Shown: positions 1 to 12,993 of the stretch, piece after piece | Layout of the letters: every line of letters begins with the position of its first letter | Numbering within the stretch: the first letter of the stretch is position 1 | Assembly (NCBI RefSeq): GCF_963921235.1 | Contig: NC_086108.1 | Location: 39,310,001-39,374,000, forward strand | DNA: 64,000 bases | Direction of reading: 5' to 3' | Source of the DNA: Mobula hypostoma | Taxonomy: Eukaryota | Translations under genes and position numbers: made by a program | Notes under the pieces: generated by a model | What the model saw: the letters and a program-made list of their open reading frames with translations, nothing else | What the model was told of the DNA's origin: nothing | Database searches by the model: none

Positions 1-121
1 GTCTTCCCATCCTATACTACGCATTAGCCTAGTTGATCCAAGACAAAACAGTAAGCAGGCAGCCCTACTACTGGATTTCATCTCTATCCTTCCTACCTGC
101 AAGTGTTTACATAATCTGGAT

Positions 122-203
122 CAGGGGTTCCCAACCTTTTTTTTATGCCATGGATCCCTACGCTTAACCGAGGAGTCTGTGGGCCCCAGGTTGTGAACCC
201 CTG
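122..203. mobile_element. ~82-bp hAT-type MITE
   Basis: Terminal inverted repeats CAGGGGTTCCCAACCT...AGGTTGTGAACCCCTG; a related copy lies at 30110-30193 in the opposite orientation. Confidence 0.75.
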
Positions 204-687
204 ATCAAGAAGATGGATCGGGGCTTCTCAATCATTTTGCATCACCAGTAGGCCCCAACCTCAATCAACAAAGACAGCAGCAAGAAGATGGAACAAGCAC
301 TACTTCCAGAGAACACATACATCAGCATCAACCATGAACCCGAAAGTTGCCTCATCTTGAAGTCACAAGCTAATAGTAAGTGGGAACGAGGTCACCACAA
401 ACACTGTGGAAGCTTTGTAAGCTGCCAGTTTGCTGAAGCAATTAAATTTGGGCAACTAATGCAGCATTCTTGGGATCAACAATGAAAACATCCCCAAAAA
501 GCCCTCAGTCATGATAGGGTTAATACAAAGGAATTATATTCACAGTGAAGGTACAGCAGTTAAATTCCTACACTAGTACCTCATAGGCACAAATTGAAAA
601 CCTACCAACCAGCTGCGGACCATAACTTCAGCTAGCGATAATCTGGGATTGTAAAATATATAAAAAGAATAAAAACAGTAATTTTTT

Positions 688-995
688 AGGGTGGCACAAC
701 TTGCCCTGCCTCACGGTGCAAGAAACCCAAGTTCAAACCTGACCTCAGAGATCGTTTATGTGGAGTTTACACAGTCTCCCTGTTCCCCGCAATAGCACAG
801 GTTCCCCCATTCCCCCATCCCCATCCCAATTACAGGCAGGTTTGTAGGCTACTTGCCCACGGTAAATTGCTCCTAGTGTGTAAGTGAGTGGTAGAATCTG
901 GGCGAGTCGAAGAGAATGGGATTAATGTCAGACTAGGGTAAAATGGGTGGCTATCGGATGGTGCAGATGCAATGTGCCAAAGGACCTGCTTCAAT
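688..995 (+). mobile_element. Degenerate tRNA-derived V-domain SINE
   Basis: B-box-like GTTCAAACC, then tggagttt...tctccc, taaattgctcctagtgtg; resembles the other V-SINE copies; boundaries approximate. Confidence 0.6.
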
Positions 996-1357
996 GACTA
1001 ATGACTAATCTTGGTAATAGTGATGGTGAAATTACTGGGTTATTGTAAAAACCTCATCTAAATCATTGATGCCATGCTTTCTGACTGTAGCCTGCTAGAG
1101 ACACCACACCTACAGGAAGGTGTTTGACTCTGAACTTCTACAGGCTCAGGCAAGTCACTCAGTTGTATCATTACCAACTTCCTCCGCGGCACTGTGGGAG
1201 AGACTTCACCAGAAGTAGTTGCAGGTAATTAGGGACAGATATATCAAATGTAGGAATGATAATTCAAATGAAAATGACAAAGACTCAACTCTGCTGTACC
1301 TTGACCTCCTAAAAACAAATCTTGGCAATCAAGAAGATCAACGGAAAGGCTACATTC

Positions 1358-1630
1358 GGCACAGCAGTAGCGTAAAGGTTTGCACAATGCGACCGGGGTT
1401 CAATTCTCGCCATTCCCGCCACTGTTTGTAAGGAGTTTGTACGTTCTGCCCGTGACCACGTAGGTTTTCTCTGGGTGTTCCAGTTCCCTCCCACAGTGCA
1501 AGGATGTACTGATTGGTAGGTCAGTCATTATAAATTGTCCTGTGATCAGACTAAGGTTAAATCAGGCGTTGCTGGGCAGTGCAGCATGAAGTACCAGTAG
1601 GGTCTCTTCTGTGTTGTATCTCAAATTAAA
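1358..1630 (+). mobile_element. tRNA-derived V-domain SINE (HE1-like)
   Basis: ggggttcaattc B-box; V-domain-like core gtaaggagtttgtacgttctgcccgtgaccacgtaggttttctctgggtgttccagttccctcccacag; A-rich tail. Confidence 0.75.
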
Positions 1631-4600
1631 AAATAACAAATACAATCTTTTTTTAAAAAGATAATTGACAGATGCAGAATGAACTGACATACTGCAATCG
1701 GTTAATATTTAGGAAGCCTGAGAACAGGGACATCACAATATGTCAGCAACAAACCATCTTGTGCTTAACCATGTTTTACACTGATTAAAACTAATGTAAT
1801 AATAAATATTTTGCTGCAAAATAAATGACAGATATCGTTTTGAATGGGAAGTACCTACAATGCCAACTGCTCCCCTCCTTTCCCCTCCCACAATACATTC
1901 TGGCATCAAAGAACTAAAGTCCATTTTCAGAATAGCATGTCAGAATATCAGCACACTCTTTTTTTTAAACTGAAGGGTGGAGAGAAGAAGGAACCACAAC
2001 CTCACGTCGAAGTGGGTGATGTAAACGAATGCAGAAACACAAATATACAGTACATAAGTTAGAGCAAAGTGTACACAGGAGTGCTGTTAGTTTCTCCCTC
2101 CCTCGTCAAGGAAGCTGAGGCCAAATCTACTCTTACACCATCATCATGCTGAAACTGGATGATGATACGAAACCTACCACCCACCAAATCTAGATACTCC
2201 CCTGAACCCACCCCAGGGTAGAAGCCCTGTACAACGAAACAAAATGTGGGACAAGCTATTCGATATGCAACAATGTGCAAATGCTGCTGCCTCAGAAGAT
2301 GCAGTAAATAGTTAAAAACAAATTTCCGGGTCACGCAGTGCGTTTTAAAATGCCCAAACTGCAATTTTGCATATAACCACTGCAACCACATGAAAACTAT
2401 AAAATGGAATAACACTGTATTTTAAAATCTCCTGTTGACTTTTATATGCAACAAACCAAACTGCAACCTCTCTCCTTCAAGGATACAAGTCAACACAGAA
2501 CAATGTGCCTTTGAGCACAGTCACATTTCCTCTACCATACAGGACACAGCAAAGTCTCTTTGTAGTCACACCTCATTGCACAAAATGCCTAACCCACATA
2601 TTGCCGTGACCCTGAGAAGTGTGGGTGCATCCTTCTAACTACATTTGTAAATACAAACATCTTTAAAACACTAATTCTGTAGCTTTCCTCTACATAACAA
2701 TGTACAGTAACAATCATTTTGCAAAATTGGATTTGGGTGGTGTCTTGAAGGGTTGGAGTGCCTCAGGGATGGATAAGGGTATTTTCAAACAACTCATGAA
2801 TTTACAGCTGCTTCCTCACATTTTAAATTGCATCATGGTTCAAGTCTTCAATACTTATCCGAATTTGCTTTCAAACCCTGTTGCAATTTCTGGACAACAA
2901 CCAGGCAAAAAACATGCCAACTCTAAGAAACAACCTATGTTTGCAGTTTTACCAAGAACAAGGACTGTTCCTCTGATCTTTCTTCTCTTGATGTTCAAGC
3001 TGAAAATAAGCTGCCTCCAAGCTCTTTCTCTGCCAAATACAACTGTATTCAGAGCAAGACCAGTTCCTATAACTCCCGCCCATTCTTTTTCAGGGCTCCA
3101 GTACTTTACATTTCTTAATTTTTCTTATTGTTCCTCCATATTTCTTCCAGTTTTTGGTCTTTGAAGACAATTTTGAATTTGCCTAAAAATTATTTTGTAT
3201 TTAATGTAATTGCCTTCTAACTTCAAAATTTCTTGGTTTCAACAATGATTGATTGACTCACAAACCTAACTGCTGATACTAAATCATAAAGGAAGTAGAT
3301 TGATTATGTTCCTCTAAACACGAAAAACAAAAGTCAGAAACTAGGATACTTATCGCATAAGCACAAACTAGTTGGGGGGGGGGCAAAATATGATTAAGTT
3401 ACTCCTCAAAAATACTATGATGCTGAAAAATTCAAAACTATATCCCAGTACTAAGTTCCTTGCACCAGGAACACCAAGAGAGTTCAATATTTTCAACTTA
3501 ATATCATCTAATCCTCTTTTTAAAGTTTCCAAGAACAGAATTACCGATTTTCTTTAAACTTCCTGTGCAGAACACGTTACTGATTCTAATACAAGTGCAA
3601 CAACAGAGGCTTGTGTTTGTTGACTTGTCTGGATCAACCAGGAAAGTGATGGAAAGATACTCAAAGGCCAGACATCAGCTCACTTCAGCCTGTTAAGGAA
3701 CCGCTTTTAGATACACTTATTACTCAACACAGTCAAGAGTTTGTTTTTGTACTGGAACAGACTAAATGCAAGTCTGCAAATGAAGAGGACTTTAATCTTC
3801 ATGATAAATTTTAAATACCAGAAAATACATTTGAAAAACAAAGGAAATGGGGGTGGGGGTGTAGGGAGTTGGCCATGCAGTTAAATAAATTCCTCCTTAA
3901 ATACAGACCTAGACACACAGATGATCATTATATGAGCTATTGCTTAACCAACTGCAGTACAAAATAACATTGAAAGGCAGTTCAGCACAGCCCACCATAC
4001 TTCCATGTTTCTTCAATTGCCTTCAGGTCCCTGGGTTCGACAATCCAACTGATACATAACATTCTAAATTTGTTACCCATAGACACGCACACATAATAAA
4101 ATGCTGTAATGAATCAGGATGTAGGAGGGAGACTGAAAATCTGGCTGAATGTTGCCATGACAACTACCTCTTTCCTTCAATCGTCAGCAAAATCCAAGAT
4201 ATGATTAACAATTGCAGAAGGAAGAAGTTGGAGATCCCCGTGAGCCAATCATCATTCGTGGATTGGCAGTGCAGAGGGTCAGTAGTTTTAAACTCCTTGG
4301 TGGTAACACAATCAGAGAATCTGTCCGAGGACCAGCATCACAAAGAAGGGACAACAACGCCTTTACTTTCTTAGAAGTTTGGGGAGATTTGGCATGTCAC
4401 CAAAACTCTGACAAACTTCTATGGGTGCACAGTGGAGAGTAACCTAACTGGCTGCATTACAGCCTGGTATGGAAACACCAATGCCCAGAAATGGAAAAGG
4501 CGACAGAAAATGATGAATACAACCCAGTCCATCACAGGTAAAACCCTACCTATCGTTGACTGCATTTACATGGAGCGCTGCCACAAGAAAGCAGCATCCA

Positions 4601-4883
4601 TCATCCACCCAGGTCAGGTTCTCTTCTCTCTACTACTTCCATCAAGCATTTGGTACAGGAGCCTCACATCTCAATAACAGCTGCTACCCTACAACCATCA
4701 GGCTCCTGAATCAGCTTCACTCACCACAACTCTGAACTGATTCCACAACTGAGCCTCACTTTCAAGAAGTCTTTGCAACTCATAATCTCGGTATTATTTT
4801 TGTAGGCACAGTTTGTCTTCTTCTGCACATTGGTTGTTTGTCAGTGAACGCAGCAGGCCAGCCAGCATCTCTAGGAAGAGATG

Positions 4884-4919
4884 CAGTCGACGTTTCAGGC
4901 CAAGACCCTTCGTCAGGAC
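4884..4919 (-). ncRNA. Minimal type I hammerhead ribozyme motif
   Basis: Minus strand reads gtc-CTGACGA-agggtcttggcct-GAAAC-GTC-gactg; core intact. Confidence 0.75.
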
Positions 4920-4921
4920 AC

Positions 4922-4957
4922 AGTCCTGACGAAGGGTCTCGGCCTGAAACATCGACT
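4922..4957 (+). ncRNA. Minimal type I hammerhead ribozyme motif (GTC>ATC)
   Basis: agtc-CTGACGA-agggtctcggcct-GAAAC-ATC-gact; helix I agtc/gact. Confidence 0.65.
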
Positions 4958-6452
4958 GCACCTCTTCCTAGAGATGCTGCTGGCCTGCTGCGTTCACCAG
5001 CAACTTTTATGTGTGTTGCTTGAATTTCCAGCAACTGCAGAATTCCTGTTGTTTGGTTGTTTGTCAGTCTTTGTTTATATATGGATTTTCCAATTCTAAT
5101 GTATTTCTTTATTTTTCCTACAAATGCTTGCAAGAAAAAAAAGAATCTCAAGGTAGTAAAGTATAGTAGCCTATATGCACTTCAATAATAAATTTACTTT
5201 GAACTCTGATTTAATTTTCCTCATTAGAGTTCATGTCTGCTATAGGGGACAGAAACTGGAACTGCCAGAATAAGTGCTTCAGCAACTCCATACACAAAAG
5301 AAAATCTGGAGACTTTAACTGAACATGCAAGGGAACCGAAAATAAAAAGCATTCCCCAAAATGTCTCACTTCCACACTGTTGTTGAGTCATTTAAGACTT
5401 TGGGAACAGAAAATGTACAACCTAATGATTTATTTCACTTACTGTTTTAGTAAACTGCACTTCCCATTAGCTGGCTGTTCACTCCCCTTCAACAGGAGAA
5501 TAAGTTCATTTTATAGGCAACTCCTGCATTACGCAGGGTTGTGTTCCCCGGAAATGATCCATATTCCGATTTTCTATATCACCCCAAACTGCTGTGACGA
5601 GAGGGTTGCCTGGATAAGCAAATGTTACAAGCTGGTTAAGCCGAAATGCTCCATGTTGAGGGTCTCCTTTTCCACTTTAACAGTAGGATTATGCCCAAAT
5701 ACCTGACTTGTAACTGTTCTGCTTTGCTCCACCATCCTCACCCAGTCTCCCAGAACACAGATTCTGGGACAATTACGGCCAAATTCGTCAATCTGATAAA
5801 CCTCCCTTAAATCCAAATCAGTTTCTTCTCTTTTAATCACAGTTTAATTTGCTGATTTGCCCTGTGTATTAATCTAAATTTCAAATAATCTCTTATGTGG
5901 TACACTCTCAAACGTGTACTGTATTAAAAATTCACCTGACTCATTAAAAATTTACAACTACCCTATCAGTCACCTTTTCACACCTTCGCAGTACTCTTTC
6001 TCTGATTCAGCACTTGCTTCCAGTTACACCACACAGGACACTAAAGTAGACTGGATCAATTACCTACTATTACTGATGACAAATCCAACTAATCTCATAG
6101 AACTTAAAATCAAGAAAGTAACTTTAAAAAAAGCAACTGTCAAATTGTAAAAATGTAAAGCCAATTTTCAACAAGTGCGCATGTGGGATGTCAGAATGAG
6201 AATTAACTTTCACCTCAGGACTTAAACTTCTGGCTGAAAAAGGAAAACAATCTTATGCCAAGTATGCAACTTTCGCCATAATCGCACATCACAGTATCCA
6301 TGTTTGATCTGAAACTGGAATGGTATTCCCAGAAGAATTCAGTAAGCTAAAAAGACAGCAAGAAGAATGTGATTACCAGTGGCAGACTAATTAACAAGTC
6401 ACTGGCAATTTTTCAACATTCAAAACAACTGAATGGCCACAATGCAATTTAC

Positions 6453-6517
6453 CTTCATTTTCAGAAGTCGGACAGGTCACCTTGAAGACAAGATCGAAAG
6501 TCCTTTCTGGGCTCTCT
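6453..6517 (-). CDS. DENND1B: DENN domain-containing protein 1B, coding exon 2
   Basis: Acceptor ttatttttcaacag, donor G|gtaaat, 65 nt; reads (K)ESPERTFDLVFKVTCPTSENE, similar to the DENND1B N-terminus as I recall it (ANPDRTFDLVLKVKCHASENE); phase fits exon 1. Confidence 0.9.
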
Positions 6518-6810
6518 CTGTTGAAAAATAAGGTGGATTTATCTGGTAAAACAGATTTGTTAAGCAATCACCAGAAATATTCCATCAATTATAAATATGA
6601 AAATTAATGCATGACCAAACTTTAATGTAAGAAAAACTTTACATTCAAACCTCAATTTGCACCACCCCTTTCAATCACCAATCCCACTCTTCTAGCAACA
6701 AATTTGAATAATTCATTAACAAAGCATGATATTTCAATCACATTCATATAGGAAAACAAGGCAGGCCAGTATTTTTTAACCATCCCAACTTCCCTCAGAA
6801 AGGTGAAGTG

Positions 6811-7000
6811 CATTGGAGGACCCTTGGAGGGTCAGACACCCTGAGCCAATAGGCTGGTCCTGAACTTATTACATAATTTACTGGCATAATTTACATATTA
6901 CTATTTAACTATTTATGGTTCTATTACTATTTATTATTTATGGACCAACTGTAACGAAAACCAATTTCCCCCGGGATTAATAAAGTATGACTATGACTAT
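6811..7000 (+). mobile_element. Rex1/Babar-like 3' terminal fragment
   Basis: Ends in aatttcccccgggattaataaagta followed by a (tgacta)n tandem tail. Confidence 0.55.
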
Positions 7001-7289
7001 CCTCCAGCTGCTGAAGTGGTGCATGTCCAGTGTTATTAGTTTGTGAACGGTCAGACTGAGTTTCAAAATTTGGCCCCATTTATAATGGTCACACAGGAAA
7101 ATACATTTTAAATTATAACACCGTCCAAGATGAAGAGGAACCTAAAGGCGATATTCCATACATTTTCCGGATAACCCAAGTAAGGCTCTGGGAAGTAAAA
7201 GTGAAAGAAATCTTCACAGTTTGCATGCAGCACAAATTACAGTACCAGTGTGCTAATTTTAAGATGGTTGAAAGAATACGATTCCTTAA

Positions 7290-9865
7290 TACCATAAGAT
7301 ACAGGAGGAGAATTAGGCTATTTGGCCCATCGAATCTGCTTCACCATTTCACCATGGCTGATCCAATTTTCCTCTCAGCCTCAATCTCCTGCCTTCTCCC
7401 TGTATCCCTTCATGCCCAGACCAATCAAGAATCTATCAACCCCACCTTAAATATACATAAAGACTTGGCCTCCACAGCTGCCCATGGCAATGAGTGGCAT
7501 TCTCCACTCTCTGGCTAAAGAAATTCCTCCTCATCTCTGTTCAAAAAGGATGTCCTCTATTCTGAGGCTGTGTCCTCTGGTCTTAGACTACACACCATAG
7601 GAAACATCCTCTCTATCAATGCCTTTCACCATTCAACAGGCTTCAATGAGGTCACCCCACATTCTTCAGAATTCTAGTGAATATGGGCCCAGAACCATCA
7701 AATGCTCTTCATTTGACAAACCTGGAATCATTTTCATGAATCTCCTTTGAAATCTCTCCTTTCAGTACATCCTTTCTAAAATAAGGGACCCAAAACTGCT
7801 CACAATACTCCAAGTGAGGTCTCACCAGTGCTTTATAAAGTCTTAACATTACATCCTTGCTTTTATATTCTAGTCCGCTTGAAATGAATTCTAATATTGT
7901 ATTTGCCTTCCTCACCACAGACTCAACCTGAAAATTAACCTTCAGGGAATCCTGCACAAGGACTCCAAGTCCCTTTGCACCTCAGTTCTTTTGTATATTC
8001 TCTCCATTTAGAAAATAGTCAACCCTTTGATTATTCTACCAAAGTGCATGACCACATACTTTCAGACACTGTATTCCATCTGCCATTTCTTTGCCCATTC
8101 TCATAAACTAACAAAGTGCTCTGTAGCCTCTCTACTTCCTCAAAACTATCTGCCCCTTCACCTATCTTCATATTGTCTTCAAACTTTGCAACAAAGCCAC
8201 CAATTCCATCATCCAACTCATTGAAACATAATGTAAAAAGAGTTGGTCCCAACAGAGACCCATGTGGAACAACACTAGTCACTGGCAGCTAGTCAGAAAA
8301 TCTTTGGCTCCTGCCAATCAGCCACTGCTCTATCCTTGCCAGAATCTTTCCCGTAATACCAAGGCTCATAGCTTATTAAGCAGCCTCATTGATTGGCCTT
8401 ATCTCAAATAATCACAAGGCAGCCTACGGAGAAGAAGTCATCACCTTGACACAGTGGTGTCAAGAAAACAATCTCTCCCCCAATGTCACTAAGACAAAGG
8501 AGCTGGCTGCAGACTACAGGAGGAATGGAGACAGGCTAACTCCTATTGACATCAATGGATCTAGGGTTGAGAGGGTGAACAGCTTTAAGTTCCTCGGTAT
8601 ACACATCACCAAGGATCTCACGTGGTCTGTACATACCGGCTGTGTGGTGAAAAGGGCGCAACAGCGCCTCTTTCACCTCAGACGGCTGAAGAAGTTTCGC
8701 ATGAGTCTCCACATCCTGACTTTTTACAAGGGCACAATTAAGAGCATTCTGACTGGCTGTAACACTGCCTGGTAAGGGAACTGTACTTCCCTCAATAACA
8801 GGGCTCTGCAGAGAGTGGTGTGGACAGCCCAGAGCGTCTGTAGATGTGAACTTCCCACTATTCAGGACATTTACAGAGACAGGTGCATAAAAAGGGCCTG
8901 AAAGGTCATTGGGGACCAGAATCACCCCGACCACAAATTGTTCCAGCTGCTACCATCCGGGAAACGGTACCGCAGCATTAAAGCCAGGACCAACAGGCTC
9001 CAGGACAGCTTCATCCACTAGGCCATCAGACTGATTAATTCACACTGATACAATTGTATTTCTATGTTATATTGACTGTCCTGTTGTACATACTATTTAT
9101 TACAAATTACTATAAATTGCACATTACACATTCAGAGACATAATGTAAAAATTTTTACTCATGTATGGGAAGGATGTAAGAAATAAAGTCAATTCAATGT
9201 GTATCAAAGGCCTTCTGAAAATCGAAGTACACAACATCAACCAGTCCTCCTTTGTCTATCCTGCCTGAAACTTCTTCAAAGAATTCCAACAGATTTGTCA
9301 GGCAAGACTTTCCCTTAATGCCTCCAAGTACCTTGAGACGTCTTCCATAATAATGGACTCCAACATCTTCCCAACCACTGAGGTCAGACTAACTGGCAGC
9401 TAGTCAGAAAAGGCTCCCTTTCTTCTGCCTGTTTCCCTTCTTGAAGAGCGGAGTGATATTTGCAATTTTCCACTCTTCCAGAACCATTCCAGAATCTAGT
9501 GATTCCTGGAAGGTCTTTACTAATGCCTCCACGATTTCTTCAGCTACCTCTTTCAGAACTCTGGGGTGTACACCATCTGGTCCTGGTGACTCATCTAACT
9601 TCAGACCTTTCAGTTTCCCAAGAACCTTCTCTCTAGTTATGGTAACCACACACTTCATGCCCCCTGACACCTGAAACTTCCACCATACTGCTAGTGTCTT
9701 CCACAGTGAAGACTGGTGCAAACTACTTATTCAGTTCATCCACTATTTCGATGTTCCCCACTACTACCTCTCCAGTATTGTTTTCCAGTGGTCCGATATC
9801 CACTCTCACCTTCTTTTACACTTTACGTATCTGAAGAAATATTTGGCATCCTCTTTGATATTATT
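7290..9865 (-). mobile_element. CR1-clade LINE, 5'-truncated and decayed, with a nested Rex1 insertion
   Basis: Peptides LYKALVRPHLEYC, VPHGSLLGPTLF and SPGPDGVHPRVLKE across ORFs 7709-7957, 8031-8282 and 9404-9721; 3' tail near 7290. Confidence 0.9.
8389..9197 (+). mobile_element. Rex1/Babar-like LINE 3' portion nested in CR1
   Basis: ORF 8389-8775 with VERVNSFKFLGIHITKDLTWS and KRAQQRLFHLRRLKKF; 3' UTR ending aataaagtcaattcaa. Confidence 0.85.
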
Positions 9866-12384
9866 GATTCCAAAAGGCTATTCGACTTAGATGGTGTCCA
9901 CGTTATCGGGGCTGCATTATTGAAGCAACAGCGGAAGTAGAGAAGTATTTCATAATGTCCTGCAAAATGCCTTGTAGAAAGACTTCAGAATCTCAGAAGC
10001 ATGTCTATCGCAAAACTTTACTCAGCCTCTGGACTGCTCTTGTAGCCACACTATCTATGTCATTAGAACAGAGGCTTTTGATAAAGCCCCCATGATGTCC
10101 CTGATAATGATGTTAATACTATTCAATGTCAGGGGAGGTGGCTATATTCTCTCCTATTGGATTGGATCTTAAAACTATTACTAATAATGAACACGGCCTG
10201 ATAGGCTGTGGCATAATGATTAGTTCCCACATCAGCCCAAGCCTGTGAGTTAGCCATGGAGCTACAGCCTGCTGCAGACTTGTCATCAGATTTTCAACTG
10301 CAAATCAAAATATTCCAAAGCTCCTTGATATCACACAGTCAAACGTTGCCATGATCTAAAGGGTCATGCTCACTTCATAATTGGAATTCAGCTTTTTGCT
10401 GCATACTTGTACAGAGGCTGCAGTAAGGGTAAACTCCAAACAGAACACGAGTATTCCACACATTGAGAAAGCAAGTATTGCCTAATGGAACAGTCACTGA
10501 TCCCTTAAGGTAAAGTAGGGAGAATAAATGTATCCTCCCAGGTTACCACAGGATTCCATTCCCATCAACTGTTTGTGACCCAAACAGTATGCAAGTTGGA
10601 AATACAGTGAGGAACAGAGCTCCCACAGCAGCTTGCAAATCCATCCTGCTGGACTCGTTCATATATAAAGGCTGTACATCAATAAGGTGTTCATAAAATG
10701 GGGATCACCTATAATAGGATGGGACTGGGGTGAGTGTAAATAGATGTTTGATGGTTATGGACTTGGTGAGCCAAATGCCCTTTTCTCTGCTGTATGACCC
10801 AATGGCCACCCATCACCTAGATGACACTTCAGATTAAATTGGTGAGAAAGTAACTGGCCAGAACTAATTCAGTTAACACTTCTGGCTAAAGATTATTGCA
10901 ACCTTATCTCTTGTGTTTACATGCAGAATGTTAAGAACAGGAAATGCCTTTAAATACATTATTAGCCATCACCATTTATAAACAGCTGTGCCAAGATTCT
11001 GCAGATCCGATCTGTTGGTTATGGGATCACTTAGGTGTATCAGCAGCAGACTGCCTCTGGTGATTGGCATACCCGCTGTCGAAGGCTAGATCTTATCTAC
11101 TCGGTTGTTATCATCTTAAGCACCCAGCTGAATTACCTCTCCATAGATGCTGCCTGACTTGCTGAGTTTCTCCAGCGCTTGGTGCATGTTGGGCCTACAT
11201 CTGACATGCTGCTTTCCAATCCTCATTGAACCAAGTGCCCTTTGGCACCTCAAGAACCATAATGTGGTCACTCCAGCCAACAGTACCATGGGCAGGTACA
11301 GTTCCTACAGGCAGGGTTCCTCATCAGAACACAAGAATCAGAAGAAGTAAGATATAGGTCAATCATCTCCTCCTGGTTGTTCTACCATTCAATTGGATCA
11401 TTTTAACTCAGCATCTCTCTCCTGCACTAACCTATTATCCCTTTAATCTCTTAACGTTAAAGTGTCATTCAACCACAGTCCTGAATATGCAATTGGACCT
11501 CCAGAATGATCTTGACTGAGTAGTAATTCCAAAAATTCACTAGTCACAGTGATGAAATTTGTCTGTATCTCGATCCTGGGCAGATGACCTCATATTGTGA
11601 AACTGTGTGTGACCTTTGCTCCAGACTAGACAAACATCATGTCTGCACCTGTCTTAAAAGCTCCACATAAATCACTGAGATTATCACTTAATGTTCTGAA
11701 CATTGGAGTACCTAGGCTCAGTCAGCCTCACCTCGGCGCAGAATACAAGCAAAAGCAGTGTATGTGCTTTGTTCAAATAAAGAGGCATATAAGGAATAAG
11801 TTAATTGACCAGAAACCTAACTTGGCATTCCATTAAGTTTTGGATTATCCATATTTCAACTCCATTTATCCAAGTCAGTTCTATTTCTCCACACCCTCCC
11901 ATTAAACAAAATCCATCTACCTCCACCTAAACCCGAGGCTCCCAACCTGGGGTCTATGGACCCCTTGGTTAATGGTACGGAAGTTGGAAACAGCATCACT
12001 TGTCTGAATAGTTGACAATTTTATTATCTTTGTGAAGAAATCATTCCTCCTTTGGCTGTTTGAAAACTTGGATTTAACTTTGGAGATTGTCCTTTTTTAT
12101 TCTGGACTTTTTATCTACTCTGTTGTTATTATCTTAAGCACTCAACTGAATCTCTCTCAATCTTCTAAACTCAAAAGAAGGTCAAACTAATTAATACAAT
12201 CTGTCCTCACTATAACCTTTAAATCTGCTGTTATTCTTGTGCATCTGCACTGCTCCATCACCATCTCCAAGGCAAAAATACCATTCTTTAAACAATGTTT
12301 CCACAAGCGTTCAGTTCTCCAGATGGGACTTGGTGCAATTTGTATTTCTTCCCATTCTAATCCCTGCCTACATCCTGCTAGAAT

Positions 12385-12520
12385 TTTTAAGACTCCTGAT
12401 GAAGGGTCTTGGCCCAAAACTATTTATTCCTCACCACAGATGTTGTCTGACCCGCTGAGTTCTTCCAGCATTTTGTGCGTTTTACTCCACATTTCAGGCC
12501 TCTGCAGAATCTCTTGAGTT
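12385..12520 (+). mobile_element. Old PLE 3'-end remnant with a decayed hammerhead
   Basis: cCTGATGAagggtcttggcccAAAAC...gatgttgtctgacccgctgagttcttccagc. Confidence 0.65.
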
Positions 12521-12607
12521 CAGAATTTTGGATCACAGTTTATAACTATACTTTTGTACACAGACATCAAAATCTGCCAATTCTTTTTATATTACTAATC
12601 TTTTACT

Positions 12608-12975
12608 CTGGGTGGCAGGGTGGAGATAAGTCTCTACTAAAGGAGGGGTAAGGCACTCCTTCCCTTGGCTAGCCTGCAGGTCACCCTTGGACAAAGTGTA
12701 ACAGCCCCACCCCTGACCAGGATCACGTGAAACCATGGGAGCAGGTGGTGGATGGTCGTATGAGCAGCTGGTGCACATCGCAAGACCTGTTTCTGCCACC
12801 AGTGATGCCAGGCAGACATCCCTGGGGAGTATTGATACTCTTTACCCGTCTTGTAAAGCCACTGCCCAGAAAGCGGCAATGACAAACCACTTCTGTGGAG
12901 AAAATTTGCTAAGAACATTCATGGTCATGGAAAGACCATGATCACCCACGTCATAGGACATGGCACATAATGAAC
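12608..12975 (+). mobile_element. Non-autonomous retroelement with an RTE/BovB-like tail
   Basis: gcggcaatgacaaaccacttctgt...tttgctaagaacattcatgg resembles RTE-related tails; family recognised from memory only. Confidence 0.45.
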
Positions 12976-12993
12976 GAATAAGTATTTCACTGT

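Larger units (their letters stand above)
4846..5052. mobile_element. Palindromic PLE-derived mini-element with two opposed hammerhead motifs
   Basis: 16-bp TSD ttggttgtttgtcagt (4830-4845 and 5053-5068); arms 4844-4919 and 4923-4997 are near-perfect inverted repeats around a 3-nt loop; sequence matches the PLE 3' end at 16600-16700. Confidence 0.9.
4115..5205 (+). mobile_element. Rex1/Babar-like LINE 3' fragment (decayed), interrupted by a PLE mini-element
   Basis: Frameshifted peptides VQRVSSFKLLG and ESNLTGCITAWYGN match the RT C-terminus also seen at 8389-8775; aataaa tail near 5190. Confidence 0.7.

Noticed and set aside
2059..2227. Minus-strand exon-like segment after a good acceptor (GFYPGVGSGEYLDL...)
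   Set aside because: In the phase left by exon 2 it stops after ~17 codons and does not resemble DENND1B exon 3 (DPVVLWKFPEDF-like); exon 3 was not found in the window
3684..3689. Possible 6-nt microexon (cag GCTGAA gtgagc, minus strand)
   Set aside because: Poor acceptor context; such matches arise by chance and would need RNA evidence
5703..5792. Minus-strand ag...CAG|gtattt segment (IDEFGRNCPRIC...)
   Set aside because: Weak polypyrimidine tract and no similarity to DENN-domain sequence
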